DNA from: Octopus sinensis
Lineage: Eukaryota
Reading direction: 5' to 3'
Length of the DNA: 64,000 nt
NCBI RefSeq assembly: GCF_006345805.1
Contig: NC_042997.1
Location: 170,872,001 to 170,936,000 of the forward strand
Position 1 is the stretch's first letter. The number at the start of each line of letters is the position of its first letter. Of the stretch, positions 27,010-39,398 are shown one piece after another. A program made the translations under genes and the position numbers. The notes below the pieces were generated by a model. It did no database searches. It was not told where the DNA came from and saw only the letters and a program-made list of their open reading frames with translations.

Positions 27010-27405
27010 ATCATCATCATCATCGTTTAACGTCCGCTTTCCATGCTAGCACAGGTTGGATGATTTGACTGAGGTCTGGCGAACCAGATGGCTGCACCAG
27101 ACTCCAATCTGATCTGGCAGAGTTTCTACGGCTGGATGCCATTCCTAACGCCAACCACTCTGAGAATGTAGTGGGTGCTTTTATGTGCCACGGCATGATT
27201 GCCAGTCAGGCGGTACTGGCAGTGGCCATGCTCAAATGGTGCTTTTTATGTGTCACCTGCACAGGAGCCAGTCCAGCAGCACTGGCAACGACCTCGTTCG
27301 AATGTTTTTTCGCGTGCCACCAGCACAAGTGCCAGTAAGGCGACGTAGGTAACGATCACACTTGAATGGTGCTTTTTTACATGCCATCAGCACGGAGGCC
27401 AGCTT
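27010..27405 (-). mobile_element. RTE-type 3'UTR fragment
   Basis: Reverse-complement homology to 39500-39889, including the (GAT)n tail. Confidence 0.8.
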
Positions 27406-27607
27406 ATTAGAACTAAAAGACTTTTTTTCAATAATTACATCAAAACTATGTTTAAATCAGTTTGGTTAATCTAATCATCAGCATATATATAGTACATATG
27501 CAGATATAAGATGCCTGTTGATTTTAGATCTATCAAATACCAGACTAGATTAGAACTAGGAACCATTATTTCTAAACTAAGTATAACAATGTTTTAATAC
27601 ACTAGGT

Positions 27608-27818
27608 CACTGGTTCCCAAACTTCTTTTGTTGCAGAACACATAATTTTCTAAAAAGCCCAGAACTCCTACTTATAGACAATCCCTGCCATCCTAATATC
27701 AATAAAATATTAATTGGAGCAAAAATTATTTTAGAGAAAGTATTTATATAAAAAAATACATTAATAACTTCATGGAACCTGAAATTCTTTATTACAGACT
27801 CCATTTTTAGAAACACTG
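27608..27818. mobile_element. hAT-type MITE (211 bp)
   Basis: Imperfect TIRs CACTGGTTCCCAAA / TTTAGAAACACTG and an 8-bp TSD CACTAGGT/TACTAGGT centred on CTAG. Confidence 0.7.
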
Positions 27819-29223
27819 TACTAGGTCACTGACACAGGCATTATTACCCATTGTCAAGAAATAAAGATTCTAAATTTGAATTTAGTCAAGAACTATACAA
27901 CATATTCAAGAATAAAACACTTGATGACAATGGGTGATCAAATATTTGAAACATGGTGGGTGTGTACATATTAGAAAGAAAAAGAATTCCATTTCTTAAA
28001 AAGGAGTCAATTCTTAAAAATGATAGCCTTCCTTTATTTAGAAATACTTATTAAAAAGAACTTGTCTCTAAATGCATGAAATACCCTATATATGTTTTTG
28101 TCTTTTTTTTTATTACCCACAAGGGGCTAAACATAGAGGGGACAAACAAGGACAGACAAACGGATTAAGTCGATTACATCGACCCCAGTGCGCAACTGGT
28201 ACTTAATTTATCGACCACAAAAGGATGAAAGGTAAAGTCGACCTTGGCGGACTTAAAATTTGTCTGGAATTTTATGCGACAGGCACCACTTAGATGATTG
28301 TATTATATAAAAATTCCAATTTTCTGTGGCACTTAACGAAAACATCAACCAAAATAGTGTCCCATTGATTGAGACACACAAGACCCTATATGTTGCTGCT
28401 TTACATTCATCTTCATTGATAGCTATAGATAGGGAAGAGAATGCCTTGTTTTTTGTTAGTTTTTCTGTCACTAACTAAAATCACAGAGCTAGATAGGGTC
28501 TTGTTTTTGTGCCAGCAATGAGATATGATGGTGAAACCCCAGCACGGTTGTATATCCAGTAGCCGGAAGAAGTAAAAGAAGAAAAGAAAATGAAGTCAAA
28601 AGACAAACTCTCTATCCACTTGGCCACGTGCAACTCCACAAAAGATTTATATGTTGAACAGAAAATTAGGCAGTTTAAATATAGAAGTCAAAAGGTCCCC
28701 TACCTCCCACAAATATTGAATGTTCTATTTTTTATCAGAGCAACTATTTTTACAGTTAGATGTCCTTGTTATTATTAAGCACTCAACTGTAAATTGGAAA
28801 TGTAGTTACATTTCTAGTTCTATGTCCTGAATATTTGAATATAATACATGTCATACTTGCAAACAGTTGTATGATCTGATATTGCTTGGATTTCTAATTT
28901 TAAAACAATCTTTTTTACACTTATAATTCATAACAAATGTTATCTGTTTTCTAAATTACTTATCCAGTTTGAGTACATTATACTTATCTTTCTCTTTCAC
29001 TTTTTTACTAATCCCTTTTATTTTCTAAAGTTAATCCTTGAAGACACCTTTCAGGAACAATAGTGGGAACAATAGTGGTTTATTCACATAGAAATCTGTA
29101 AATTTTTCTCATACTGAAGTTTGATAAGCTGCAAAAAGTTGTTTTATAGTTCATGGTTAGCAGCATGGGTTGCTGTGTATGCAAATAAAAATCCAGATTT
29201 ACGGAATGGAGAAGATAAAACCC

Positions 29224-29310
29224 AGGTTACATATGTTTCATAGCTAGCAGAATCTTGGAAGTAGTAATTATCCAAATGCAGGATGATTAACTAGCTACTC
29301 ATCAGGCCAA
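29224..29310 (-). ncRNA. Hammerhead-like motif H5a
   Basis: CTGATGA, stem II GTAGCTAG/CTAGCTAT, GAAA, stem III ACATATGT, then A17. Stem I is weak. Confidence 0.55.
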
Positions 29311-29440
29311 AAATACATTAGTCTACTCAATTCCCTAAGTTTGGATATATCTATGTGTGTATATATACACACACACACACAAACATACATACATCATCAC
29401 TTACTGTCCACCTTCCATGCTGGCATGGATACATATATAG

Positions 29441-29491
<51 letters not shown>

Positions 29492-29666
29492 ATATTAATG
29501 GTTTTATGTTCAGTAACAATAAAAACAATTTGACATTAATCTGAAGGCTTACTCCATACTTTTGTAGAGCATAAGCCATCATTGGACAATGGTTAAGCTG
29601 CTCAAAACTTCAAAGTCACAGTCAATAGTATTCTTGCTAAAGAATATGTAATAATATGTAAAGGTG

Positions 29667-29699
<33 letters not shown>

Positions 29700-30458
29700 A
29701 GGATGGTAGAATTGATTGCATCAAACAAAAATTCTTTATGGGATTTGGTTCCATATGAGTAAAGTATCTTTATGCCTAGATCAATTTTGCATTTTGTTCT
29801 TTTCATAAGGAACTTATTTATTCACCTTATGGCGAATAAAATAAGAGTCACAGAAAGTATAAAACTAAAACCATTCAAAGACAGTGTCTCTGTACAGTCA
29901 AATTTCAAAAGAGTGAAACCAGTAATAAAAAGCATCTATATATATATATATATATAAATTCTGTGGTATCTAAGCATCAGTAAAGAAGATGGAGGAATAG
30001 TGAATATGTATGTAGATATCTAGAGTAAAAGTGACGTTTACAATGAATTGCAATCACCTCACTGATTCATATAAACACAGAGACATAGTTTGTTTGCTAG
30101 ATAACATTTAGCCATTAATCTATAAAGTTAAATTATAACAAAAATAGGTGATTATATTGCTAATATACCTAATAATAAAAAGAAGTAATTAAAAACCAAA
30201 ATGAAGCAGCTACTGATGATTTATATACATTTAGATATTGATCTTGCAATTTTTCTACAGGCTGTTGCAAGATGGTGAATAATGATAGCGTATTGATTAT
30301 TCAATCAAGAATGTATACAAATTACCGTTTTAAAAATACTACAAATGTGATTTTTTTCTCCCCCTTCCTGAAAGGTAAAAAACAAGCAAAGTAAATATAG
30401 ATGATAAAAAAAAAATGGACTATCAACCACCTAGTAGCATGCAATAGTTCTAGTTACC

Positions 30459-30594
<136 letters not shown>

Positions 30595-30624
30595 AAAATA
30601 GCTAGCAGAAAAGATATATTTTAC

Positions 30625-30675
30625 CTGCAGTTTGGAGGTGGGTCCACAGTGATTTCTGCTAACTCTCTCTGGAGT
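30625..30675 (-). CDS. UBE2E: Internal coding exon of UBE2E, 51 nt, phase 2 to 2 (helix 1 region)
   Basis: Reverse complement is tttctgttacag|A CTC CAG AGA GAG TTA GCA GAA ATC ACT GTG GAC CCA CCT CCA AAC TGC AG|gtaaaa, giving (R)LQRELAEITVDPPPNC(S), compared with UBE2E RIQKELAEITLDPPPNCS. It joins exon 462-594 in frame (TGC AG|T GCT = C-S-A). Confidence 0.95.
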
Positions 30676-31167
30676 CTGTAACAGAAATAAAAAGAATAAT
30701 TATTAAACAGATACACACACACACACACACATATATATAAATATAGTTTAATGAAGAAAACAAAATGTTCAGTGGTGGTGGTGGGCAATTCTCACCATGG
30801 CCCAAAATCAAAACCCCCAAACCATATCAAATATTCATTGAAAAGTAAAAAGAAAGAAAAAAAAATCCCATACAGCATCTGTGATACTCATCACATTAGT
30901 TTCCACTGGAATGTGTAAGGGTATGTTTGTATGCACCCCTCCCTATACACATTTGGTTTTACAAACATGAGAAGGAGAAATAAAGCAAAATAATATAACC
31001 TTTTATTAACTGAAAATACTATACAAATTATTCAAGGGTCTTGAGTTTTGTGCCAAGGTATCTGACAAAGCTGGTTTTTAAATGTAGGAGTGTTGTAAAT
31101 ATAACCTATATATAGGAGGAAAGGAAAATGGAGACAAATGCACAAGATGTTATTTAAATCATTTGTA

Positions 31168-31253
31168 TCGCCGACATATGTTTCGATTGATACATTAAAA
31201 TTAATCTGGGAGGAAAAATAATGTGGAATAATGTATCAATCCCATCAGGGAGG
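31168..31253 (-). ncRNA. Hammerhead-like motif H5b inside a TSD-flanked insert (31115-31310)
   Basis: CTGATGG core, perfect 12-bp stem II GATTGATACATT/AATGTATCAATC, GAAA, ACATATGT, C17. 17-bp direct repeats at 31098-31114 and 31311-31327. Confidence 0.55.
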
Positions 31254-31510
31254 AGATTATAAATAATGGTGTTCATTAATAAGTCATTTTACAGATGTAA
31301 GAAAATATATAATATAACCTATATATAATACAACCTATATATATATATGTTTATACACGATCAATTTGTATCTTATAGTTGAAAGGTTTATCTGTAATTT
31401 CTGAGGATCTGTAATTTCTTCTAAAAGGAAATATTTGCTTCAAACAAATGATAGAGTTAAAATCTCTTTAGACTTTTGTTAGAATATTCTAACACACACA
31501 CACCACACAC

Positions 31511-31577
<67 letters not shown>

Positions 31578-31680
31578 GTTAAATACTGAAGAGGTGAATT
31601 TATAAGATTATAAAACTTTAGAACAAGCAATACTGTGATCCTGAAATTAATTTGCTGAAACACGTGTTTTATAGAGCATA

Positions 31681-31910
31681 AACTACAGAGGCATCAAATT
31701 AATAGACCAAGATATGAAAGTTATAGAAAGAGGTATAGCAGAGCTTATTTGGAGTGAAATTAGTTTAATGCAGATGCAGGTTGAATTTAAGCCAGGAAGG
31801 TTGGGGGCTGCTGATGTACTCTTTTGAGTAAGATGATTGCAGAAGTTCTTGGCTAAGAGCAAGATTAGGCATATATTGATTTGGAGAATCCCCTTGACAG
31901 GTACCACACA
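31681..31910 (+). mobile_element. RTE-clade LINE reverse-transcriptase fragment (decayed)
   Basis: Reads NYRGIKLIDQDMKVIERGIAELIWSEISLMQMQVEFKPGR, compared with the RTE-type NYRGIKLLSHTMKLWERVI..RLR...I...QFGFMPGR. Contains stop codons. Confidence 0.8.
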
Positions 31911-34153
31911 CTAATCTTGTAATCGCTAAGAAAGCTAGGTGAATGGCTTATGAAGGCTGTGTAAACTTATGTGTTGAGGGGGATGTCAGCAAAGTGAGAG
32001 TTATATATAGATACACACACTCACATATATTTACATATGCACACAATGTGTATAATATATAAATATATATTGAAGATAGCTATGTTCAAATTTATTCTTT
32101 TTTATTAAACTACACACATATTACACAAACCAAATAACTCTAGTTATGGAAAAAATAAATAAGCTCTTAAATAAAAAAAAAATTCATCAAAACTGAATAG
32201 GTGTATAATATCTAACAACAAACATTGAGAACATATTGCAAAAATAGCAGAATTTAAAAACTTTCTCATCAACATGAAACCAAAAATATGGAAGCCATAG
32301 AAGGCATGTATGAGACAACCAATGTAATATCAGAAATTTCAATGTAAACATGGTAAGTTATAGACTTCATGACACAAACTGTTATATCAAATACACAAGC
32401 TGACAATTTCTTGTTGACTAAGAATGCATTTTTACAAGGAGCTATTTGCAACACAGCATATTATAATACTGAACATCAGACACACACACACACACAAAAA
32501 AAAGCATTAGTTGATAAGACAACCAGCTTCTACAGAATTACACGCACATGCAGAAATATGAAGTGCAAAATATAAATCAAAAATCAATACAGATCCAGAC
32601 AGTCAGCAGATTTGTTAGAGTGTTGGACAGAATGGCTGACAATACTTGTTCTAGTGTGCTGTGACTCCAAGTTCAAAATATACTTGTCTAGATTCTTCTA
32701 CAATCCCTCATATTCACTACAGCTTCTCTCATGCTATTTCTCACCTGCATTTTGCTTTCTTTGCTTTGTTTCTTCACAATTCAATAAGCCATCATTTGTC
32801 AACAGATTTGTCAGAGCACTGGATAAAATGCATGGCAATATGTGTTCCAGTCTAGAGAGTGGTGAGCTGGCAGAATCGTTAGCAAGCCAGGCAAATTGCT
32901 TAGTGGCATTTTGTCCATCTGCATGTTTCTGAGTTCAAATTCTACTGAGGTTGATTTTGCCTTTCATCCTTTTGGGGGTCAATAAAATAAGTACCAATTG
33001 AGTACTGGGGTTGATGTAATTGACTTAGCCACTTCTCCCAAATTTCTGACACTGTGCCAAACTTTGAAACCAATATTTGTTCCAGTTTTCTGTGATTCTG
33101 GGTTCAAAATCTTATTTAAATTCTATAACCGCTCATATACAACTTCCCTCCTTGTGTTTTTTCTCCCACCTATATCTTATCTTTTCATTACTTTGTTTTT
33201 ACCATCCAACAAGCCATTGTCTTTGAAATGCTGAAGTAATTATAAACAATTTAACTATATAATTGGCAGTCTCCTTTATCATCACTACAGCCCACTTTAT
33301 ATGTCAAGTTCCCTTTGTCTAATAACGGTCTCAAATTTTTCCTCAAGGGCAGCAATTTTAGGGAAAGGGATGAGTTGATTAAACTGAGCCCCAGTGTTCA
33401 ACTGGTACTTATTTTATTGACTCTGAAAGAATGAAAGGCAAAGCTGACCTCAATGGAATTTGAATTCAGAACATAGCAATGGGAAAATTCCACTAAGCAT
33501 TTCATCCAGCATGCTAACAATTCTTATTTCTTTACTGACCGCAAGGCGCTAAACACAGAGAGGACAAACAAGGACAGACAAACGGATTAAGTCGATTATA
33601 TCAACCCCAGTGCATAAATGGTACTCATTTAATCGACCCTGAAAGAATGAAAAGCAAAGTCGACCTCGGTGGAATTTGAACTCAGAACGTAGCAGCAGGT
33701 GAAATACCGCTAAGCATTTTGCCGGGCGTGCTAACGTTTCTGCCAGCTTGCCACCTTCCCTTTGTCTAACAATAATACTAAAACATATGATACCAAACAT
33801 ATGCCAAAGTCGACAAAAAGATTTAAAGTTTTGCATTTAAACTAAATTTAAACTGGCCATATCTGGGCTGTTTTATATTTTATATTTAAAGAGGTCAAAT
33901 CTGGTTTCTCACACTACCCTACAATGTCATTCTAAAAATAAAAATTACATCATTGAAATCTTCAAGCTACAAGATGATACATGATTAATTCAAAACAATA
34001 TGAATAAATAAGCATTACATTTCACAGAGTAATCTGAATACTAAAGGGTTAAACTACAACACACAAACCAACATATGTACTTGGAATCCCACACATCACA
34101 CTATCTTCCATGTCTGATATATTTTTTTGTAAGAGTAGTGTGTATGCATATGC

Positions 34154-34216
<63 letters not shown>

Positions 34217-34355
34217 AAGAGGAAAGCTATAATATTGTTGCATTTAGGAATGGTCAGTTTGCCAGTTGAGCCAATAAAAACACACACACTATATATTTGG
34301 TGTTACTTTGCTTCAGCGTTATTTATTTTTTTTACATTAATCTTAATCTTATTTC

Positions 34356-34399
34356 GACCAGAGTTCTTTCGTCACACTCCTGTGACCGCATCAGTGGTC
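34356..34399 (-). ncRNA. Minimal hammerhead-like motif H4
   Basis: Stem I GACCA/TGGTC, core CTGATGC plus an extra G, stem II GTCAC/GTGAC, GAAA, stem III AG-AA-CT, C17. Confidence 0.6.
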
Positions 34400-36265
34400 C
34401 TTTGCTTTCGTCTTTTTTATTTGTGTGTCTCTCCTTGGCTAAACTGGCAAAATGACCATTCCTAAATACAACAATATCTGTTTCAACACACGATTTCACA
34501 TCAAAAATCTTGCAAAACAAATATATAAACATAAAAAGCTATAATATCCAGGCCGATACTGAATTTCTCTATGTAAAATGCCAAGGCTGGTTCCATCAGA
34601 TGGTACATTTCATGGTGAATTTCCTTTAACACCTTCTAAAGTTACAGTTTATTTCTTGGCTACCACTTAGTGTAAAGTACAATGTTGATAATAAGGAGAA
34701 TGAAGAATTTGAATAACAGCTCATTGATGAACATTATGGTCTTCTTCTTCTTCGTCTACTACTACTACTACTACTACAACAACAACAAGAAGCAGCAGCC
34801 TAATTCAAACTAATAATGGAGGAAAATTCCTTTCCGAACAATATCATATTTACACACCCTGAAGAGATTGAAATCACAGCATACAATAATATATGCATAC
34901 AATAATATACAATTAATATGATTGAAACACATGTTGGACAATTATGATGATTAAACCAACTGTAAATAAACAAAGTTTGAATGTTCAAATTCTTCATTTC
35001 CCTTATTTCATACACACACACACATATTTAGATATAAAGATGCAGACATGGCCGTATGGTTTCAGGTTTAGTGCCACTGCATGACACTTAGCCAATGTTT
35101 TCTACTATAGCCCTGGGCTGACCAAAATTTCATTCTAGTGGATTTGATACAGAGAAAATTGAAGGACACTGGTTAAAAATGTATGTGTATGCATATGTGT
35201 ATGTGTGCTTGTGTGAGTCTGTTCATATCTCCTTTGCATTCAGTCGTGACATCACAACCAGGTTGTTTGTTGTTCAAAGAGCTCGGAGATTATTACCTTG
35301 CTTGCAAATAAATAGGAGGTGGCAACAGGAGGTTAATCCAACTACAGAAAAACTCTGCCCCATGCAAGCATAGAATAGTAGATGTGAAAACAATGATGAT
35401 GATCACACACACATACACAAAAGTATAAAATGCTACTGATGAAGCAAGGCCACCTGGTTTCATTTATTACAGATTAGAATTTTTACACATAACTGCCATC
35501 TCTTACATTTGAGCGGCTCTACATGGTCATTCAATCTGCTAGTGGCAGTAGTCAAATCTTCCCCAAATGATACTCTCCTATTTTATTGTATAGTCACACT
35601 TGCTAGTGGCAGTCTTGGATGTACAAAAGGATGAGAAGTATCTTTGATCATAGCACTGCTTGATCACAGTTAATTCAAATAATAATTACAAACAAATGAA
35701 TACTACTAATTATATGCAACAAAGCAAAAATTATAGATGTTTGATGTTTGTTGACTTTACTTGAGTGTGAAATAAGATAAACAATTTATCATCCACCCCA
35801 CCTTAATCCTCATCTATTTTTGGAGTATTTTAATTGATCGACGAATACTTTTTTAGTTCATTATTGAATGTTGTAGTTGAACAATGTCTTAAAAGTAGAA
35901 TTTGGTAACCAGCCCACCATGTGTGTGTGTGTGGTGTGTGTGTGTGTTTGTCTCCATATGCCTTCACATTGACTATACCCATTCTCAAAATCTGTGGCTA
36001 AGATTTGTTAGATGCCATTATCTCTGGCTCGTTATGTTCTGAGTTCAAACTCTGCCAAGGCCAAATTTGTCTTTCATCCTTTTGGAGTTGGTAAAGTATC
36101 AGTAAGTACTGGGGTCGATGTAATAAACTTTCCCTTCCCCTCAAGATTAATGGCCTTGTGTCAAAGTTAGAATTATTTCCACGAGTCTATACTTTAAGTG
36201 TGGTAGGTATTGAGTGCAACATCAGAATCACTTCAGATGATTATTCTATTTTCCTTTGTCATTAA

Positions 36266-36485
36266 CCCTTTCGTTAACAACCCGGCTGAAACTGCCTCTG
36301 GCTCTGAGTACAAATATCTTATTTTCAAAAGTTTTGAATTAAAATCTTCCATCAAACTTTAGTCATAATTTATGTTCCTAATACTAGCTTAATGATAATC
36401 AAGTTATTTTACTAAATTCTTTGTTATATTTAAATTAATTGAAAGAAACACAGAGCATCTCAAAATAAATACAGTAACGAAAGGG
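36266..36485 (+). mobile_element. piggyBac-type MITE family 1
   Basis: TTAA|CCCTTTCGTT...GTAACGAAAGGG|TTAA. Confidence 0.9.
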
Positions 36486-37248
36486 TTAAAATGTAATAAT
36501 TCTGAGTGAGCATATCCCACTGACTTCAATGTGTGATTGCAAAAATTGAAGAGAACTATTAGTCGGATATTCTCTAGGATAACATATAACTTTTAGCAAG
36601 GCACTCCAGTATCTTCAATTCAGTCATTTTTCAAAAGAATTGAATATAATAAATCAACTAACACATTCCAAGTATATGCAGGTGTTCATATTTGTAAACA
36701 GAAATAAATAAATAAATAATCTATCCCTGTGGGCACAACTAAACACATAAAAAAATGCTGTTGTTTTTGTTTTTTTTTCATCTTTTCATGTGTCTGGAAA
36801 AAAAAAATTGTAGCTTTCATTTTTAGAAGGAATCAAGCATATTAAATATAACAAACTTCACACCAACTAAAATAAAGTGAAGTCTGTTTCTGAAGGACAC
36901 TTAGTTGTTTAACAGCAGGTTAGACCTGACTGAACAGACCTATGATTCAAGAAGTTTCAACTGTGACTATCATGTCATGTTTCAGTCATGGTGTATCTAC
37001 GATTACATTATCCAATGTGTCCTTTCTTTGAAACAATATAGTAATTTGAGGTAAATTTGGCTACCATTTTTAGCATGTTGAGCAGTGCCTTTTGGCTTGA
37101 GGCATACTTAGTAACTTAAGTAGAACAATTGTCGAATATATTGACCTTATGTATATATAATATATATGTGTGTGTACCAGAGTAAGCACATAAATGTGAA
37201 ACAAGGTGGAAAAAAAAAGTACTCAAATACCAGAGGTAGAGTAATATG

Positions 37249-37403
37249 CTTTATTTAAAAGCAGCAGAAATATAACAAAAGCTGTTGCTAAGAGTTTCAT
37301 GTTCTCATTTGTCAGACAGTTTTGTTAACAAAACTGGCCGACGAACGGGAACGTGAAACTCTGAGTAACAGCTTTTGTTATATTTCTGCTGCTTTTAAAT
37401 AAA

Positions 37404-37404
<1 letters not shown>
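37249..37404. repeat. 156-bp spacerless inverted repeat carrying two opposed hammerhead-like motifs (H3)
   Basis: 78-bp arms with 8 mismatches, centred at 37326/37327. Confidence 0.9.
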
Positions 37405-37464
<60 letters not shown>

Positions 37465-37469
37465 TAAAT

Positions 37470-38556
37470 ATCAATGGGTAAATTGTCGCCATTTTATATT
37501 TTTAATTTTGTGCATGTGCATCGTTTGATTTTGATTTTGTCAATTACACAGTATAGTAGGGTCACTTGGGCACCGTCTATGAGAAAAACAGCACCATGGC
37601 GCAATTCACTCTGTCAGAAATTTGGAAACGACATGCTGTACTGCTTGGCATTTGTGCCAGAAGCTCCAATACATATATTTCAGAGTGTTTGAGTGTCAAT
37701 CTGAGGACATGTACCAAGTGTGATAAAAATCAAACATCCAGTCAACATCATGGTGTTTGCAGTGATCAGTAGTGATGGCAACGTTATGCATCCATTCATC
37801 TTCCCACAGAGTCCCAGATTCAACACAAAGGCCTACATCAAGTGCTTGGAGGAGGCAGTACTGCCATAGGTCAAAAGGGTGGCTGCTGGAAGACCCTGTC
37901 TGGCAACAGGACTCTGCACCATACCACACAAGCAGGAGAACCCAGTTATGGCTGTCACACAATTTATAATACCACATCACCCCCCCCCCCAACACCTGGC
38001 ACCTTAACTCCCCAGACTGCAACCATCTTGATTTATTATGTGTGGGGAACAGTTTAGAGAGAGTGACCAACAAAATTCCTTGTAACACCAAAGATAAACT
38101 GAAGGCAAGGATTATGGCAGCATTCACCAACTTAACCCTTTCGTTACTGAATTTATTTTGAGATGCTCAGTGTTTCTTCCAATTATGTTAAATATAACAA
38201 AGAATTAAGTAAAATAACATCGTTATCATTAAGCTGGAGTTAGGGACATAAATTGTGACTAAGGTTTGGTAGAAGGTTTTAATTCAGAACTTTTGAAAAC
38301 TAGACATTTGTACTAAAGAGCCAGAGCCGGTTTCAGCCGGGTTGGTAACGAAAGGGTTAAACAAGAAGACCATCCAGAAGAGTTGCAGGAGATTCTGAAG
38401 TCATCTGGAGGCTGTGGTTGAATCCAATGATGATTTTATTGAATATATTTACCCTTTAGTATTTCAAGATATCTTTATGTAATTTTGGTAAAATGAGATG
38501 TCGGTGTTATTTTCAGGTTTGCGTAATTTAGATGACAATTTATTCACCGCAACCTG
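37470..38556 (+). mobile_element. Internally deleted Tc1/mariner maT (DD37D-like) transposon relic
   Basis: Frameshifted translation KHPVNIMVFAVISSDG...WQQDSAPYHTSRRTQLWL...NSPDCNHLD..VWG...KDKLKARIMAAFTNL|NKKTIQKSCRRF. The right TIR ends GACAATTTATTCACCGCAACCTG|TA; the left TIR is partial (TAAATTGTCGCC). Confidence 0.85.
38136..38356 (-). mobile_element. piggyBac-type MITE family 1 in reverse orientation, nested in the maT transposase
   Basis: TTAA|CCCTTTCGTTAC...GTAACGAAAGGG|TTAA. Removing it restores the codons AAC TTA AAC. Confidence 0.92.
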
Positions 38557-39161
38557 TATATATATATATATATATATAGGTTATTGTATGGACTTTGGCA
38601 TTAAAAAGTAAACAAATAAATAAGTGTGTATGTGTGTGTGTTTAATGAATTATTTAGTTCACTGGTCATCCGTGCGGTATTATTACGTACAACTCCATAA
38701 AAATGAAATCTGTTGAAGTAACAAAACAAATCAATAAACCTATCATTTGAAATACACCAGCTTGTCTTTAATTACAAAGACATAACTTTTGAAAACTTCA
38801 TCAAGCTACATGATTGCTTAATCAATAATTTAGATGATCTTGATACAAGAGTTAAAAGACTGACACGCGGGGAGGTAGGGACTTCTCATCTTATATAACT
38901 GTTTACAAGCTGGAGAGATTTAACCCATTAGCGTTTAAACCAGCCATATCTAGCCCCAAATATTTCACCTGTTCTATGCTGAAACCAGCCAGATCTGGCT
39001 GCTCACACCTACCCTACAATTTCATTCAAAGCTATGATTAATGAATAATCCAAAGCAATGTGAATAAACGTTAAAATCTGACAGAGTAATACGAATGCCA
39101 GAAGGTTAAAATACATTATCTCTCTGTATGTTTTGAACCAGTGTTATCTCATCTGTGAGGT

Positions 39162-39350
39162 ACTCTTTTACTTGTTTCAGTCATTTGACTGTGGGCATGC
39201 TGGAGCATTGCCTTTAGTCAACCAAATCGACCTCAAGGCTTATTCTTTGTAAGCCTAGTACTTATTCTATCGAACTGCTAAGTTACGGGGGACATAAACA
39301 CACCAGCATCGGTTGTCAAGTGATGTTGGGCGGACAAACACAGACACACG

Positions 39351-39398
<48 letters not shown>

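Noticed and set aside
37696-38130. 144-aa minus-strand ORF
   Set aside because: It is antisense to the maT transposase relic.
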